Assembly: GCA_965661285.1 (NCBI GenBank)
Contig: CBFIDD010000004.1
Span: forward strand, 163,328-227,327
Direction: 5' to 3'
Length of the DNA stretch: 64,000 nt
From: Poseidonia sp.
GTDB lineage: Archaea > Thermoplasmatota > Poseidoniia > Poseidoniales > Poseidoniaceae
The notes under the pieces were generated by a model. That model searched no databases. It was not told the DNA's origin and was given only the letters and a program-made list of their open reading frames with translations. Each line of letters begins with the position of its first letter. The stretch's first letter is position 1. Below, piece after piece: positions 31,104-39,901 of the stretch. The translations under genes and the position numbers were made by a program.

Positions 31104-33197
31104 ATGTGGGAACATCGCAGTGTATCAGACAAATCATTCCAGGAAACCGGGCGCATTTTGCCCAATGAGACCTACGTCAAGCTGATGGACGAAGTGGAAG
31201 CCGTGGTCACACGGGCACAGGACGACAAGTTCGACGCCGAGACCTTCATGACGTACATTCCTCGCAAGGGTCCGTGGGAAGAAATTCCACCCTCAGACCA
31301 TTCCAAGGCTGACGCCCGAACACGCTACATCGGTCCAGCGAGCGCCAAACTCCTCAACACCAACCTGGTTTTGGGATCGTCGTGGATTGACTCGGACCGG
31401 TTCAAGTACGAGCGAAGGATCGCCAACCTCGCTGACTACCTGAAGCAGAAGACCATCATCAATGCCAACATGTGGACGCCCAAGCAGTTGTTCACCACGC
31501 AGACATTCTTCTTTTGCTCAACCGGCGATGAAGAGCGTATGGGCGGGGCCATCCTCGAAGGCGATACCCGCAACGACGACCACCTGTTCCTCGGAACGGA
31601 AGGCAAGGAATTCCCAGAGTGGGAAGTCATCCTCTGGGGCCTCGGTCACCGCGGTGTCGTTCCCGACTCCGACCCGCTCGACCGTGTCTACTACCCGTCG
31701 CTGATGCACCGAAACGTGTCCTTCAACAATCGATTGGGATGGACTCGCTACTCGCCAGCCGGTTTCGGTAAGGACGCCTCTGGCTACTTGATGACCCGGC
31801 CCAACACCTGGATTTGGCCTGCCGTTAACGGCAACCGAGAAACGGCCACGGCCTTCAACCTCCTCGTGAACCTTCCCGACCGAAGCTCGTCCTTTGGCGA
31901 AGAAGGCATTTCCGACGTCTACATGACGACCGGCAAGACCTCGCTTTACACCATGATGGGCATGATGCAATCTTCAACCGTCCGACAGGCCTTCGGTGCC
32001 GGTTCGGAAATGGTCCCCTTGGAGTTCCACTGCATCGAACCCGGTCTTGACGAGTGGATCGGCAATTCCAGCGACGAGGACAAGTACAGCCGCCTGTTCG
32101 AAGTCTGTGCGACCCTCGGCTACGTCTTGACCGACCCGCACATTGGCACCCTCGGCGGCGCTGCCAAGCGACGTCGTCTTATCATGTACCCTTCGGACCA
32201 AGGCAACCTCTTGACCTGCGCCAACGCCAGTCAAGTGGCCGACCACGCCCTCAAGTCCAATTACGATGCAACGGTGTTTACCAAGCTCGACCAGGCTGAT
32301 TTCATGAACCGCGTCACCCGCCGATTCAAGGCCTACGCCGATTTGGTCGCCGCCTCCGATGTCGCTCGAGGCGCACGATGGATCAGCCAAGCCGAGGTTG
32401 ACGGCGAGAAAATGATTGGACCCAACGTCCACTCCATCCTTTCTGTTCGTGGTTATGACATCCTCAACATGCAGGAATATCTGAACACGTTTAACGACGT
32501 GTCGGCTGCTCCCGAGCGCTTGATGCGCCGCATCATCCAGACCGTGGCCACCAACGCCCTGAAGACCGTTTATCCTGTTGACATGTTGGGCGAATCGTCC
32601 GGACCCGCACCGTTTGAACACATCTTCAACTCGCCCGATGACAACCCGCTCGTGTACTACACCGACGTACGATTCCTCGTGCCGACCTCCATTGACAAGT
32701 TGCGTTTCCAAACCGCCGCTCGCGGCGCTGACCGTGGTCGCATGCGAGAAGCCTATGCTTCGCTCACCGCCGCCGACCCCATGACCAGCCTGTCCATCCA
32801 AGACCTGTGCCTGCCGTTCCTGGCCGACCTGGGTGCGGACACCTGGCAAACCGGCACGGGCATCAACGAGAACGAAATCGTCGTGGAAGTCACCATGGCC
32901 GTAAACCCGGGCCGTGTTTGGCGTTCCTACCTCGAGCCCACCATCAAGGAAGTCTTTGACATGCCCAAGGGCGACAAGGGCACCGCTGCTCAACTTTGGG
33001 GCGACGTGTTCATGACCAACGAAGTGCTTCACGACAAGATGAAGAAGGACGGCAACGAACACTACCTCAACTTGCTCAAGATGGCCTATCACTGGTCCAA
33101 CAACGAGGCTCAGAAGGAGCACAAGTTGGGCAAGTATGCCAAGAAACCGGCTGCGAGGAAGTCCACGACCAGGAATTCCACTGCCAGGAAGAAGTGA
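31104..33197 (+). CDS. 697-aa protein; candidate highly divergent tubulin/FtsZ/CetZ-superfamily member
   Basis: The ORF itself is robust (SD GAGGTGA, strongly C-ending codons). The family call rests on colinear CetZ-like segments (see findings); the canonical GGGTGSG is absent. Confidence 0.6.
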   Translation: MWEHRSVSDKSFQETGRILPNETYVKLMDEVEAVVTRAQDDKFDAETFMTYIPRKGPWEEIPPSDHSKADARTRYIGPASAKLLNTNLVLGSSWIDSDRFKYERRIANLADYLKQKTIINANMWTPKQLFTTQTFFFCSTGDEERMGGAILEGDTRNDDHLFLGTEGKEFPEWEVILWGLGHRGVVPDSDPLDRVYYPSLMHRNVSFNNRLGWTRYSPAGFGKDASGYLMTRPNTWIWPAVNGNRETATAFNLLVNLPDRSSSFGEEGISDVYMTTGKTSLYTMMGMMQSSTVRQAFGAGSEMVPLEFHCIEPGLDEWIGNSSDEDKYSRLFEVCATLGYVLTDPHIGTLGGAAKRRRLIMYPSDQGNLLTCANASQVADHALKSNYDATVFTKLDQADFMNRVTRRFKAYADLVAASDVARGARWISQAEVDGEKMIGPNVHSILSVRGYDILNMQEYLNTFNDVSAAPERLMRRIIQTVATNALKTVYPVDMLGESSGPAPFEHIFNSPDDNPLVYYTDVRFLVPTSIDKLRFQTAARGADRGRMREAYASLTAADPMTSLSIQDLCLPFLADLGADTWQTGTGINENEIVVEVTMAVNPGRVWRSYLEPTIKEVFDMPKGDKGTAAQLWGDVFMTNEVLHDKMKKDGNEHYLNLLKMAYHWSNNEAQKEHKLGKYAKKPAARKSTTRNSTARKK

Positions 33198-33246
33198 GCT
33201 CGTCCTGAATAAGGATTGAAGAACATGAGGCCCCGCCTCTTGCATC

Positions 33247-34830
33247 ATGGCGAACGGTAACGACGGAAGCGGGCGAGCCCCCGTTGCGATTGTTCGCCCC
33301 ACCACCACGGTCACCAGCGGCGTGGGCGTCACGCAGAAACTCGTCACGGCCGCCGTCGCGTTTGGCGACCTGATGCAGGGCACGTTTGGCCCTCAAGGCC
33401 TTGACAAGATGCTCTACAAAACCAACGGGGAAACGGCCGTGACCAACGACGGGGCAAAAATTGTCGCCGAATTGCTCGTGAAGCATCCCGCGGCCAAAGC
33501 CTTCGTTCAACTTGCAGATGCACAAGAACAGGCCTGTGGTGATGGCGTTACTGGATGCCTGCTCTTCGCCAGCGAGTTGATGCGGGAAGCCGGTCGCTTA
33601 CTGGAACGAGGTCTCCACCCGTTGGTTTGCATCCAAGGCTTCCAAACCGCCCTCGACACAGCCTTGACGCATCTCGACGATGTATCGGAGTCATTGGCCG
33701 AAGACGATGAGCGCCTTCAGGCCGTCGCCCGAACCGCCATGACGGGGACCTCAGCCGACACCGGGGATGACTTCCTTTCCTCGCTCTTGGTTCAAGCTCT
33801 CCGAACCGTGGGCTCTCAAAGCGAAGTGGATTTCGAGGATGTTCGAATGGCCAAGCGAACCCAAGGCAACGTCTTCGATACCCGCTTGGTCGACGGCCTC
33901 GTCCTCGACACCGCTCTGTCACTGGACCGCCTCCCCCGTCGACTTGAGAACGGAACGGTGCTTGTGTTGACCTGCCCGCTTGACCAAGAGGACACCGTTC
34001 GGGAAACAGAAATTGAAGTCGAGGATGCCGAGCAGTGGATGGCATTTGTTGATGCCCGCGATGCACTGCTGAAGAGCAAGGTCGAGGCCGTTTTGGCCAC
34101 TGGCGCCACGGCCATCTTCAGCGCAGAAACCATCGAACCCAGCATCATTCACGCGCTGACCGACGCTGGTTGTTTTGTCCTCGGTGGGCTTGAGCGTTCC
34201 GGCGTGGAGGACATCGCTCAAGGCGCGGGTGCAACGATGTGCGATCATCTTGACGACGTGGATGACGCCATGCTGGGAACGTTCTCATCCCTTGAAATTG
34301 AAACCGGGGAAGGACTTGACGGCCGGAGAGAACGACTCTGCCTTCGTTTTGGACCGACTGCGGGTCTGGTGACCCTTGATGTCGGTGGAGGCGATGGCGT
34401 CGCCGTAGAGGAAACCATCCGGGGACTCTACGATGCCCTCCGTTCCACGTCGTTGGCCATGAAATCAAAGGCGATTGTCCGTGGCGGTGGAAGTGTTCAC
34501 ATGGGTGCTTCGCTGGTTGTCAAGGAAGCCGCAGAACGCCAGGCAGGACGGGAGCGCTTGGCCATGGAAGCCTTTGCACGGGCGCTTGAGAACATCCCCT
34601 CAACACTTGCTCAAAACGCTGGCGTTGACCGGCTGGATACCTTGCTTACCCTTCGGGCCCAACACCGCAGCGGGAAGGGCCACACGGGCATCGATGCCAG
34701 CGGCAAGGCCGTCGAAATAACCGAGGCGTGGCTGCCCGCCGACACCCTCCACCATGCGCTTGAATCCGCAACAGAAACGACATGCGGCCTTCTCAGGGTT
34801 GACCAGGTCATCTCTGCCCGCGGGGATTGA
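33247..34830 (+). CDS. Divergent group II chaperonin (thermosome-like subunit)
   Basis: FGPQGLDKML, VTNDGA, HPAAK, GDGVT (canonical GDGTT), GGG, FARALENIPSTLAQNAG, LLRVDQVI. Confidence 0.88.
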   Translation: MANGNDGSGRAPVAIVRPTTTVTSGVGVTQKLVTAAVAFGDLMQGTFGPQGLDKMLYKTNGETAVTNDGAKIVAELLVKHPAAKAFVQLADAQEQACGDGVTGCLLFASELMREAGRLLERGLHPLVCIQGFQTALDTALTHLDDVSESLAEDDERLQAVARTAMTGTSADTGDDFLSSLLVQALRTVGSQSEVDFEDVRMAKRTQGNVFDTRLVDGLVLDTALSLDRLPRRLENGTVLVLTCPLDQEDTVRETEIEVEDAEQWMAFVDARDALLKSKVEAVLATGATAIFSAETIEPSIIHALTDAGCFVLGGLERSGVEDIAQGAGATMCDHLDDVDDAMLGTFSSLEIETGEGLDGRRERLCLRFGPTAGLVTLDVGGGDGVAVEETIRGLYDALRSTSLAMKSKAIVRGGGSVHMGASLVVKEAAERQAGRERLAMEAFARALENIPSTLAQNAGVDRLDTLLTLRAQHRSGKGHTGIDASGKAVEITEAWLPADTLHHALESATETTCGLLRVDQVISARGD

Positions 34831-34903
34831 TGATTGACCGAAACCCGCATGTCGCTATGTTCAAGTGCATCCGACGGGGCAAGTGCGATAACGGGTTCCC
34901 TTC

Positions 34904-36544
34904 ATGAATGCCGTTTCATCGCCGCCTCGAGCGCTCCTCAGCGTCTATGACAAAACCGGAATCGTGGCCTTTGCCAAGGGGCTCTCGGACCTCGGCTTTG
35001 AGCTCATATCAACGGGGGGGACGGCTCGCACGCTTCGAGAAGCAGGCCTTGACGTGCGTTCGGTGTCCGAGGTAACCCAGCATCCGGAAATCTTTGACGG
35101 ACGGGTGAAATCGCTCCATCCGGCCATTCACGGCCCTCTTCTCGCTCGTTTGCATCAAAACGACGATACTGTCGAACTGGAACGGTTGGGCTACGCACCC
35201 ATTCCCGTGGTGGCTTGCAATCTGTATCCGTTTGGCGATGCCGCGTCCAAGCAGCCGCCCTTGCCCGACGAGGAGTTGTTGGAAATGATTGACATCGGAG
35301 GTCCCACGATGGTTCGTGCGTCTGCAAAGAACCACCAGCACGTGTTGATCGCCACCAATCCGTCCACCTACGACCGTATTCTTGAAGCCCTGAAGACTGC
35401 CGACGACGTTTCAAGCGTGCCGATGGACCTCCGCCGCTCCTTAGCGCTCGAAGCTTTTGAGCACACAGCGTCGTATGACGTGGCCATCGCCCAAGAACTG
35501 CATCGTCGTACCGTCGGCGACCCTGCTCAAGGCATCACCATGGAAGAACAACGAGATCGCCTTCCCTCCAGCATGCTTGCAGCCAGCCATCGGCTGAGCA
35601 CATTGCGCTACGGTGAAAACGGCCACCAAGCGGCTGCTCTCTATGTCAATCACGATGCACCTCAGGGCCACAACACCCTTGTCACCGCACAAGTGGAGGG
35701 AGAGAAAGCCATGTCATACAACAATTACAGCGATGCAGACGCTACGCTTCGGCTGTGTCGGGCACTTTCCACCGATGAATGGCCGGCCACGCCCCATGCT
35801 TGTGTGATTGTCAAGCACAACAACCCGTGCGGCGCCGCCCTCGGTGCTTCCCAACGTGAAGCGTTTGAAATGGCGCTTGCCAGCGACCCGGAATCGGCGT
35901 TCGGCTCCATCATTTGTTTCAATGAAATCGTGCAGGCGGACACGGCTGAGGCGATGGGTGGTCTCTTTGTTGAAGTCATGATGGCGCCGGGTTATACCGA
36001 CGAAGCCAAATCCGTGTTGATGCAAAAGAAAAATCGCCGGCTGTTGACCATCGAATCCCCGAACGACCGTTTAGCACCGCTTCAACGGCAGGTGGTTCGC
36101 AAGCCCATTGAAGGCGGTGTTCTGGTTCAAACCGAAGAGCCCCCCGTCATCGACTGGGACAAGGCCACCACCGTCACGGATGCGCAGCCAACACCCGAGC
36201 AAATCGACAGCATGAAATTCGCTGTTCGGGTGTGTGAACAGGTGAAATCAAACGCCATTGTCATGGTGCAGGGCACGGCCACCGTCGGCATTGGCCCGGG
36301 TCAAACCTCACGTGTTGAGGCGGTTAAAATCGCAGCGCGTCGGGCCGGTGAACGAGCACAGAACTGCGTATTGGCTTCAGACGCCTTCTTTCCCTTCAAG
36401 GACGGACTCGAACAGGCGGCAGAGGCAGGCGCAACGGCGATTGTTCAGCCGGGTGGCTCCATTCGGGACCAGGAAGTTATCGATGAAGCCAACAGAAGGG
36501 AAATCGCCATGCTCTTCACCGGGCATCGATTGTTCCGCCACTGA
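34904..36544 (+). CDS. purH: Bifunctional AICAR transformylase / IMP cyclohydrolase
   Basis: RALLSVYDKTG, STGGT, GRVKSLHP, IDIGGP, LRYGEN, VKHNNPCG, ASDAFFPF, QPGGSIRD. Confidence 0.97.
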   Translation: MNAVSSPPRALLSVYDKTGIVAFAKGLSDLGFELISTGGTARTLREAGLDVRSVSEVTQHPEIFDGRVKSLHPAIHGPLLARLHQNDDTVELERLGYAPIPVVACNLYPFGDAASKQPPLPDEELLEMIDIGGPTMVRASAKNHQHVLIATNPSTYDRILEALKTADDVSSVPMDLRRSLALEAFEHTASYDVAIAQELHRRTVGDPAQGITMEEQRDRLPSSMLAASHRLSTLRYGENGHQAAALYVNHDAPQGHNTLVTAQVEGEKAMSYNNYSDADATLRLCRALSTDEWPATPHACVIVKHNNPCGAALGASQREAFEMALASDPESAFGSIICFNEIVQADTAEAMGGLFVEVMMAPGYTDEAKSVLMQKKNRRLLTIESPNDRLAPLQRQVVRKPIEGGVLVQTEEPPVIDWDKATTVTDAQPTPEQIDSMKFAVRVCEQVKSNAIVMVQGTATVGIGPGQTSRVEAVKIAARRAGERAQNCVLASDAFFPFKDGLEQAAEAGATAIVQPGGSIRDQEVIDEANRREIAMLFTGHRLFRH

Positions 36545-36569
36545 TGTTTGCTGAACAACCTTGACGGCA

Positions 36570-37082
36570 TCATGCCGTGGTCGGAACGCGCCAGCCAACC
36601 CACCAAATCCCAACAAGGGCGATGATGGCGATGGTGGTTTGACCGAAGCCTGGGTCTCCAAGGATGGTGATGTACCAAATTGACGCAGCCGATACGAGCG
36701 CAATCAAACCGCAAATGGCGATTTTGGAATGAAACGGCAGCGCCCTTCCCGACCGGTAAAAGCCCAGCAACAGCGCCCCGAACACGCGGTTGGTGAGAAG
36801 CCAGCGAAACAATCGCTGGGAAGAGCGTCCGTAGCAGTATGCAGCGGCGACCAGCCACGAGGTGGTGGGCCATCCCGGAAGGAAAACACCAATCCCAGCA
36901 AAGACCACAAAAACACTTCCAACCACAACCCAAACGGTTCGAACCAGAGGGTTGGCGCTCGGTTTGTGCGCCGAGAGAACCGTCTCAATCACTTCCTGAT
37001 CAGCCATCGATTCGTATTGTTTCGCAAGGGCCATGGCAGCCTCCTTACGTTGAATCGACGGGCGAACCGCGGTTCCGGACAT
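36570..37082 (-). CDS. YbaN/DUF454 inner-membrane protein
   Basis: GIGVFLPGWPTTSW...YGRSSQRLFRWLL motif with flanking TM helices. Confidence 0.8.
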   Translation of the reverse strand: MSGTAVRPSIQRKEAAMALAKQYESMADQEVIETVLSAHKPSANPLVRTVWVVVGSVFVVFAGIGVFLPGWPTTSWLVAAAYCYGRSSQRLFRWLLTNRVFGALLLGFYRSGRALPFHSKIAICGLIALVSAASIWYITILGDPGFGQTTIAIIALVGIWWVGWRVPTTA

Positions 37083-37170
37083 CTGTTCTCTTCGCGACCC
37101 AGTCAAGAGCGTGCTAAAACTCTTGGTTTGGTGAGGAAAGGGTTGAAACACCCATCATCTTAGGCGAAGC

Positions 37171-37851
37171 ATGGATTCGAAGCCCCTTGGGGGACGAATT
37201 GCGACGGGATCGGCCCCCTTGCGGTGCGCTGTTTTCATCTCGGGTTCCGGGAGCGGCATGGAAGCCATGGTGTTGGCGCAGCGCCAGCATGACTTGCCGC
37301 ACGAAACCACGGTGGTGGTGTCAAATCACGCCGATGTTGAGGGCGTTGTTCGGGCTGAACGGTTGGGCGTTCCCACGGTGGTGATCGAACGTGAGGTTGA
37401 GGGACGCACCCTCAGCCGAGAGGAACACGAATCCCTCATTCTCGAACGGCTTGAGGCGTATGAGGTTGAATTGATCGTCCTGTCGGGGTACATGCGTCTT
37501 CTCTCGCCGGTTTTTTTGTCAGCATGGGAACAGCGCGTCGTGAACATTCACCCCTCCCTCCTCCCCAATTTCCCGGGCGCCCATGCTCACCGAGATGTCC
37601 TTCAAGCCGGCGTTCACCTCTCGGGGTGTACGGTGCATCTGGTTGACGAAGGGATGGATACCGGGAGCATTCTCGCACAGACGCCGGTTCCCGTTTTCCC
37701 CGATGATGTAGAATCAACCCTCAGTCAGCGGGTAAAAATCGAGGAGCACCGCCTCTACCCTCTTGTCATTACGTGGATTGCAGAGGGTCGCGTGCACATC
37801 ATACCGAATGGCGTCCGAGTTGAGGGTGTTGAAGATCGCTTGGTCGATTGA
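37171..37851 (+). CDS. purN: Phosphoribosylglycinamide formyltransferase
   Basis: FISGSGS, LSGYMRLL, NIHPSLLPNFPG, GCTVHLVDEGMDTG, EHRLYP. Confidence 0.96.
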   Translation: MDSKPLGGRIATGSAPLRCAVFISGSGSGMEAMVLAQRQHDLPHETTVVVSNHADVEGVVRAERLGVPTVVIEREVEGRTLSREEHESLILERLEAYEVELIVLSGYMRLLSPVFLSAWEQRVVNIHPSLLPNFPGAHAHRDVLQAGVHLSGCTVHLVDEGMDTGSILAQTPVPVFPDDVESTLSQRVKIEEHRLYPLVITWIAEGRVHIIPNGVRVEGVEDRLVD

Positions 37852-38332
37852 AGTTGGAGAACGCTGACCTGTGCTCCGACATGTCCACGGTGGGGAGGCT
37901 CTCGACCAGGCCGAGCACACTCGTCGCAGATTCGTCGCCGGTGTATCCATCAGGAAGATGAGCGAACAAGGGTTGTCGACGTCCGTTCTCATCGAGGGGG
38001 ACGCCTCCTTCGGGCGTCGCTTCAAGAAGTGCAGCAACCGCTTCGGGCGTGAGAAGAAATGCATCGCATGGGACCAGGAGGATCGAAGCACCGATCGTTT
38101 TCTTCACCCAAGGTATGATCTGGTGCAAACCGTCCACATGCGGCGGGTCAACCATGACTTCGCCATCGAACAAGGCCGCCCGCTTTTCTTTTCCACACAA
38201 AACCACGCAGCGTTCAATGCCAGCATCGAACAAACACTGCCGAAGCCGTTCTATGCCTCCAAACATGTTCGCCTTTTCTTGCCCCATGCGCTGGCTGGCA
38301 CCGCCTGCGAGGATAACGCCAACAGGTTTCAT
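37799..38332 (-). CDS. mobA: Molybdenum cofactor guanylyltransferase-like NTP transferase
   Basis: VILAGGASQRMGQEKA, VPCD, QPLFA, FSNFNRPSD. Confidence 0.75.
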   Translation of the reverse strand: MKPVGVILAGGASQRMGQEKANMFGGIERLRQCLFDAGIERCVVLCGKEKRAALFDGEVMVDPPHVDGLHQIIPWVKKTIGASILLVPCDAFLLTPEAVAALLEATPEGGVPLDENGRRQPLFAHLPDGYTGDESATSVLGLVESLPTVDMSEHRSAFSNFNRPSDLQHPQLGRHSV

Positions 38333-38342
38333 GTGCCTTTCC

Positions 38343-38558
38343 TCAATGCATGCTGTCAAGTTCGTCCAGCGCCGATTCAAGCTCGCTGAGCAGTCCTCGA
38401 ACACGATTCAACAGCGCCTTTCGTTCTCGGCTCGAGCGGGCTTCTGGCAACCACTCGAGAAGGCGTCGAACATCCTTTGCGTCTCGGTCAACCGTCCACT
38501 TGAGGACGTTTTCCAGTACCGGGTCATCAGCTGGCAGCAGGCGCTCGACCATGGACAT
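38343..38558 (-). CDS. Small helical hypothetical protein
   Basis: 71-aa amphipathic helical ORF fitting tightly within the minus-strand gene run. Confidence 0.6.
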   Translation of the reverse strand: MSMVERLLPADDPVLENVLKWTVDRDAKDVRRLLEWLPEARSSRERKALLNRVRGLLSELESALDELDSMH

Positions 38559-38577
38559 CAACGGCGATGATGCTCCT

Positions 38578-39198
38578 TCAATGCTCCGCTTGGAGTACAC
38601 GTTCACGAATGCGTTCAAACATCTCTCCACCGGGCGGGGCCGACTCGACCAACGGGCGGCATCCAAGCGCCGTTCGTCGCAGCGAAAGGAAGAGGACACA
38701 GTATTGGTGCCAATGTGGGCTCTGTTGTGCAGCCGCCTCAAGCCAAGGGTCGTCGGGAACACCATGGCCACCTCGAACCAACTCTTCAGCGACCTCGAGC
38801 ACCACCATCAGCGGCTCCCTCCGTTGGAGCAAGTGAATGAACGCCATCCAGGGGTCTTGACCAAGTTCGTCGGCATTTAAGTTGGCCAACAGCAGGCCGG
38901 CCATGCTCAAATCCTCACGTCCATGACGTTTCCATAACGCAGGAATGAGCTTGGCCAGGACGCGTTTTCGAGGCGCGTGGGTGAGCATCCACGAAGCGAT
39001 TTGTCGCAGGTCGGGAAGCGGCGTTCCAACATGGAAGCGGAAACCACCGTCGGTCATCGTGACGTCCGTGCGGGGTTTGTTGGCAAAATCGCCGACACAA
39101 ACGGCATAGGCCTCCTTGAGGAAGCGAAGGCCTCGCCGTTTTGTTTTCAAGCGGTGAGACGGTTGGCGCTCGAGCCAATCATCCAACAGCGGGTTCAA
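38578..39198 (-). CDS. HEAT-like protein, possibly DNA alkylation repair (AlkD-like) family
   Basis: GTPLPDLRQIA...LWKRHGREDLSMAGLLL resembles the AlkD-family N-terminal pattern. Confidence 0.5.
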   Translation of the reverse strand: MNPLLDDWLERQPSHRLKTKRRGLRFLKEAYAVCVGDFANKPRTDVTMTDGGFRFHVGTPLPDLRQIASWMLTHAPRKRVLAKLIPALWKRHGREDLSMAGLLLANLNADELGQDPWMAFIHLLQRREPLMVVLEVAEELVRGGHGVPDDPWLEAAAQQSPHWHQYCVLFLSLRRTALGCRPLVESAPPGGEMFERIRERVLQAEH

Positions 39199-39683
39199 CG
39201 CTCGTCACCCTCACTGGATCGTTTTCTAAAGTTATCAAACAGGTCACCAACCAAGCCAACGGAATCTTTCAACGTGTCCATGAGCGTGTCGATCATGGCT
39301 TTATCACCGTATTTCTCCTTCATCATTTCACGCAATTCGTGTTCGATTTCCTCGTGGAGGCTGTCGTCGATCTCAAATTGGGTGCGGAGGTTGGCCAACA
39401 CTCGAAATTCATCTCTCGAAAGCGAGGCGTTCACGATGGCCACCTCGAACACTTTGGTGTAAATCGTTCGCATCTCTTTGGGTGAAACCAATTCTCCACT
39501 TCGGGATGCTGTTCCGGCTTGGATGGCCTCGTAAATGTAGGCCGGCTCTTCGGGCGCCAGGTTGAGTGTGCTGGCCAGTTTGATGATGAGGCGCTTTTCT
39601 TCGCGAGTCAGAACCCCGTCGGACAACATGACTTCAACCGTAGAACGAAAGACGTCCAACGCTCCAAGTTCAAGCGACGACAC
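39195..39683 (-). CDS. TerB-like tandem helical protein
   Basis: MLSDGVLTREEKRLIIKLASTLNL plus a second degenerate unit (IVNASLSRDEFRVLANLRTQFEI). GTG start. Confidence 0.6.
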   Translation of the reverse strand: MSSLELGALDVFRSTVEVMLSDGVLTREEKRLIIKLASTLNLAPEEPAYIYEAIQAGTASRSGELVSPKEMRTIYTKVFEVAIVNASLSRDEFRVLANLRTQFEIDDSLHEEIEHELREMMKEKYGDKAMIDTLMDTLKDSVGLVGDLFDNFRKRSSEGDER

Positions 39684-39790
39684 GAGTCACCGACGCGCTT
39701 CCACTTCTTGAAGAAACCGTATAGGGAAGAAATTGCAACGACCGCCGGGATGGTTGGCACAGGATTAAAAAGGGCTTGATGGCTGGAATT

Positions 39791-39886
39791 GTTTGTTCAC
39801 ATTCACTTCCCTCGCTCTGCGAGTGGAATGCCACGGACCCAAACGACACCCGTCGTTGGCCCCAAGCACGGTGGCTGTGTGCAAAC
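39791..39886 (+). ncRNA. Candidate structured 5' leader (three-way junction) of dnaG
   Basis: P1 39791-39801/39876-39886, P2 39807-39828, P3 39830-39834/39871-39875 with inner hairpin 39842-39857. Sits between a TTAAAAA box (39765-39771) and SD AGGAG (39888-39892). Confidence 0.4.
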
Positions 39887-39901
39887 TAGGAGCGTAAAAA
39901 A

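Noticed and set aside
31974-33383. 469-aa antisense ORF (and similar long shadows at 5031-6059, 50045-51280, 51627-52646, 48052-49008)
   Set aside because: Shadow ORFs expected from codon bias and high GC opposite real genes; no motifs.
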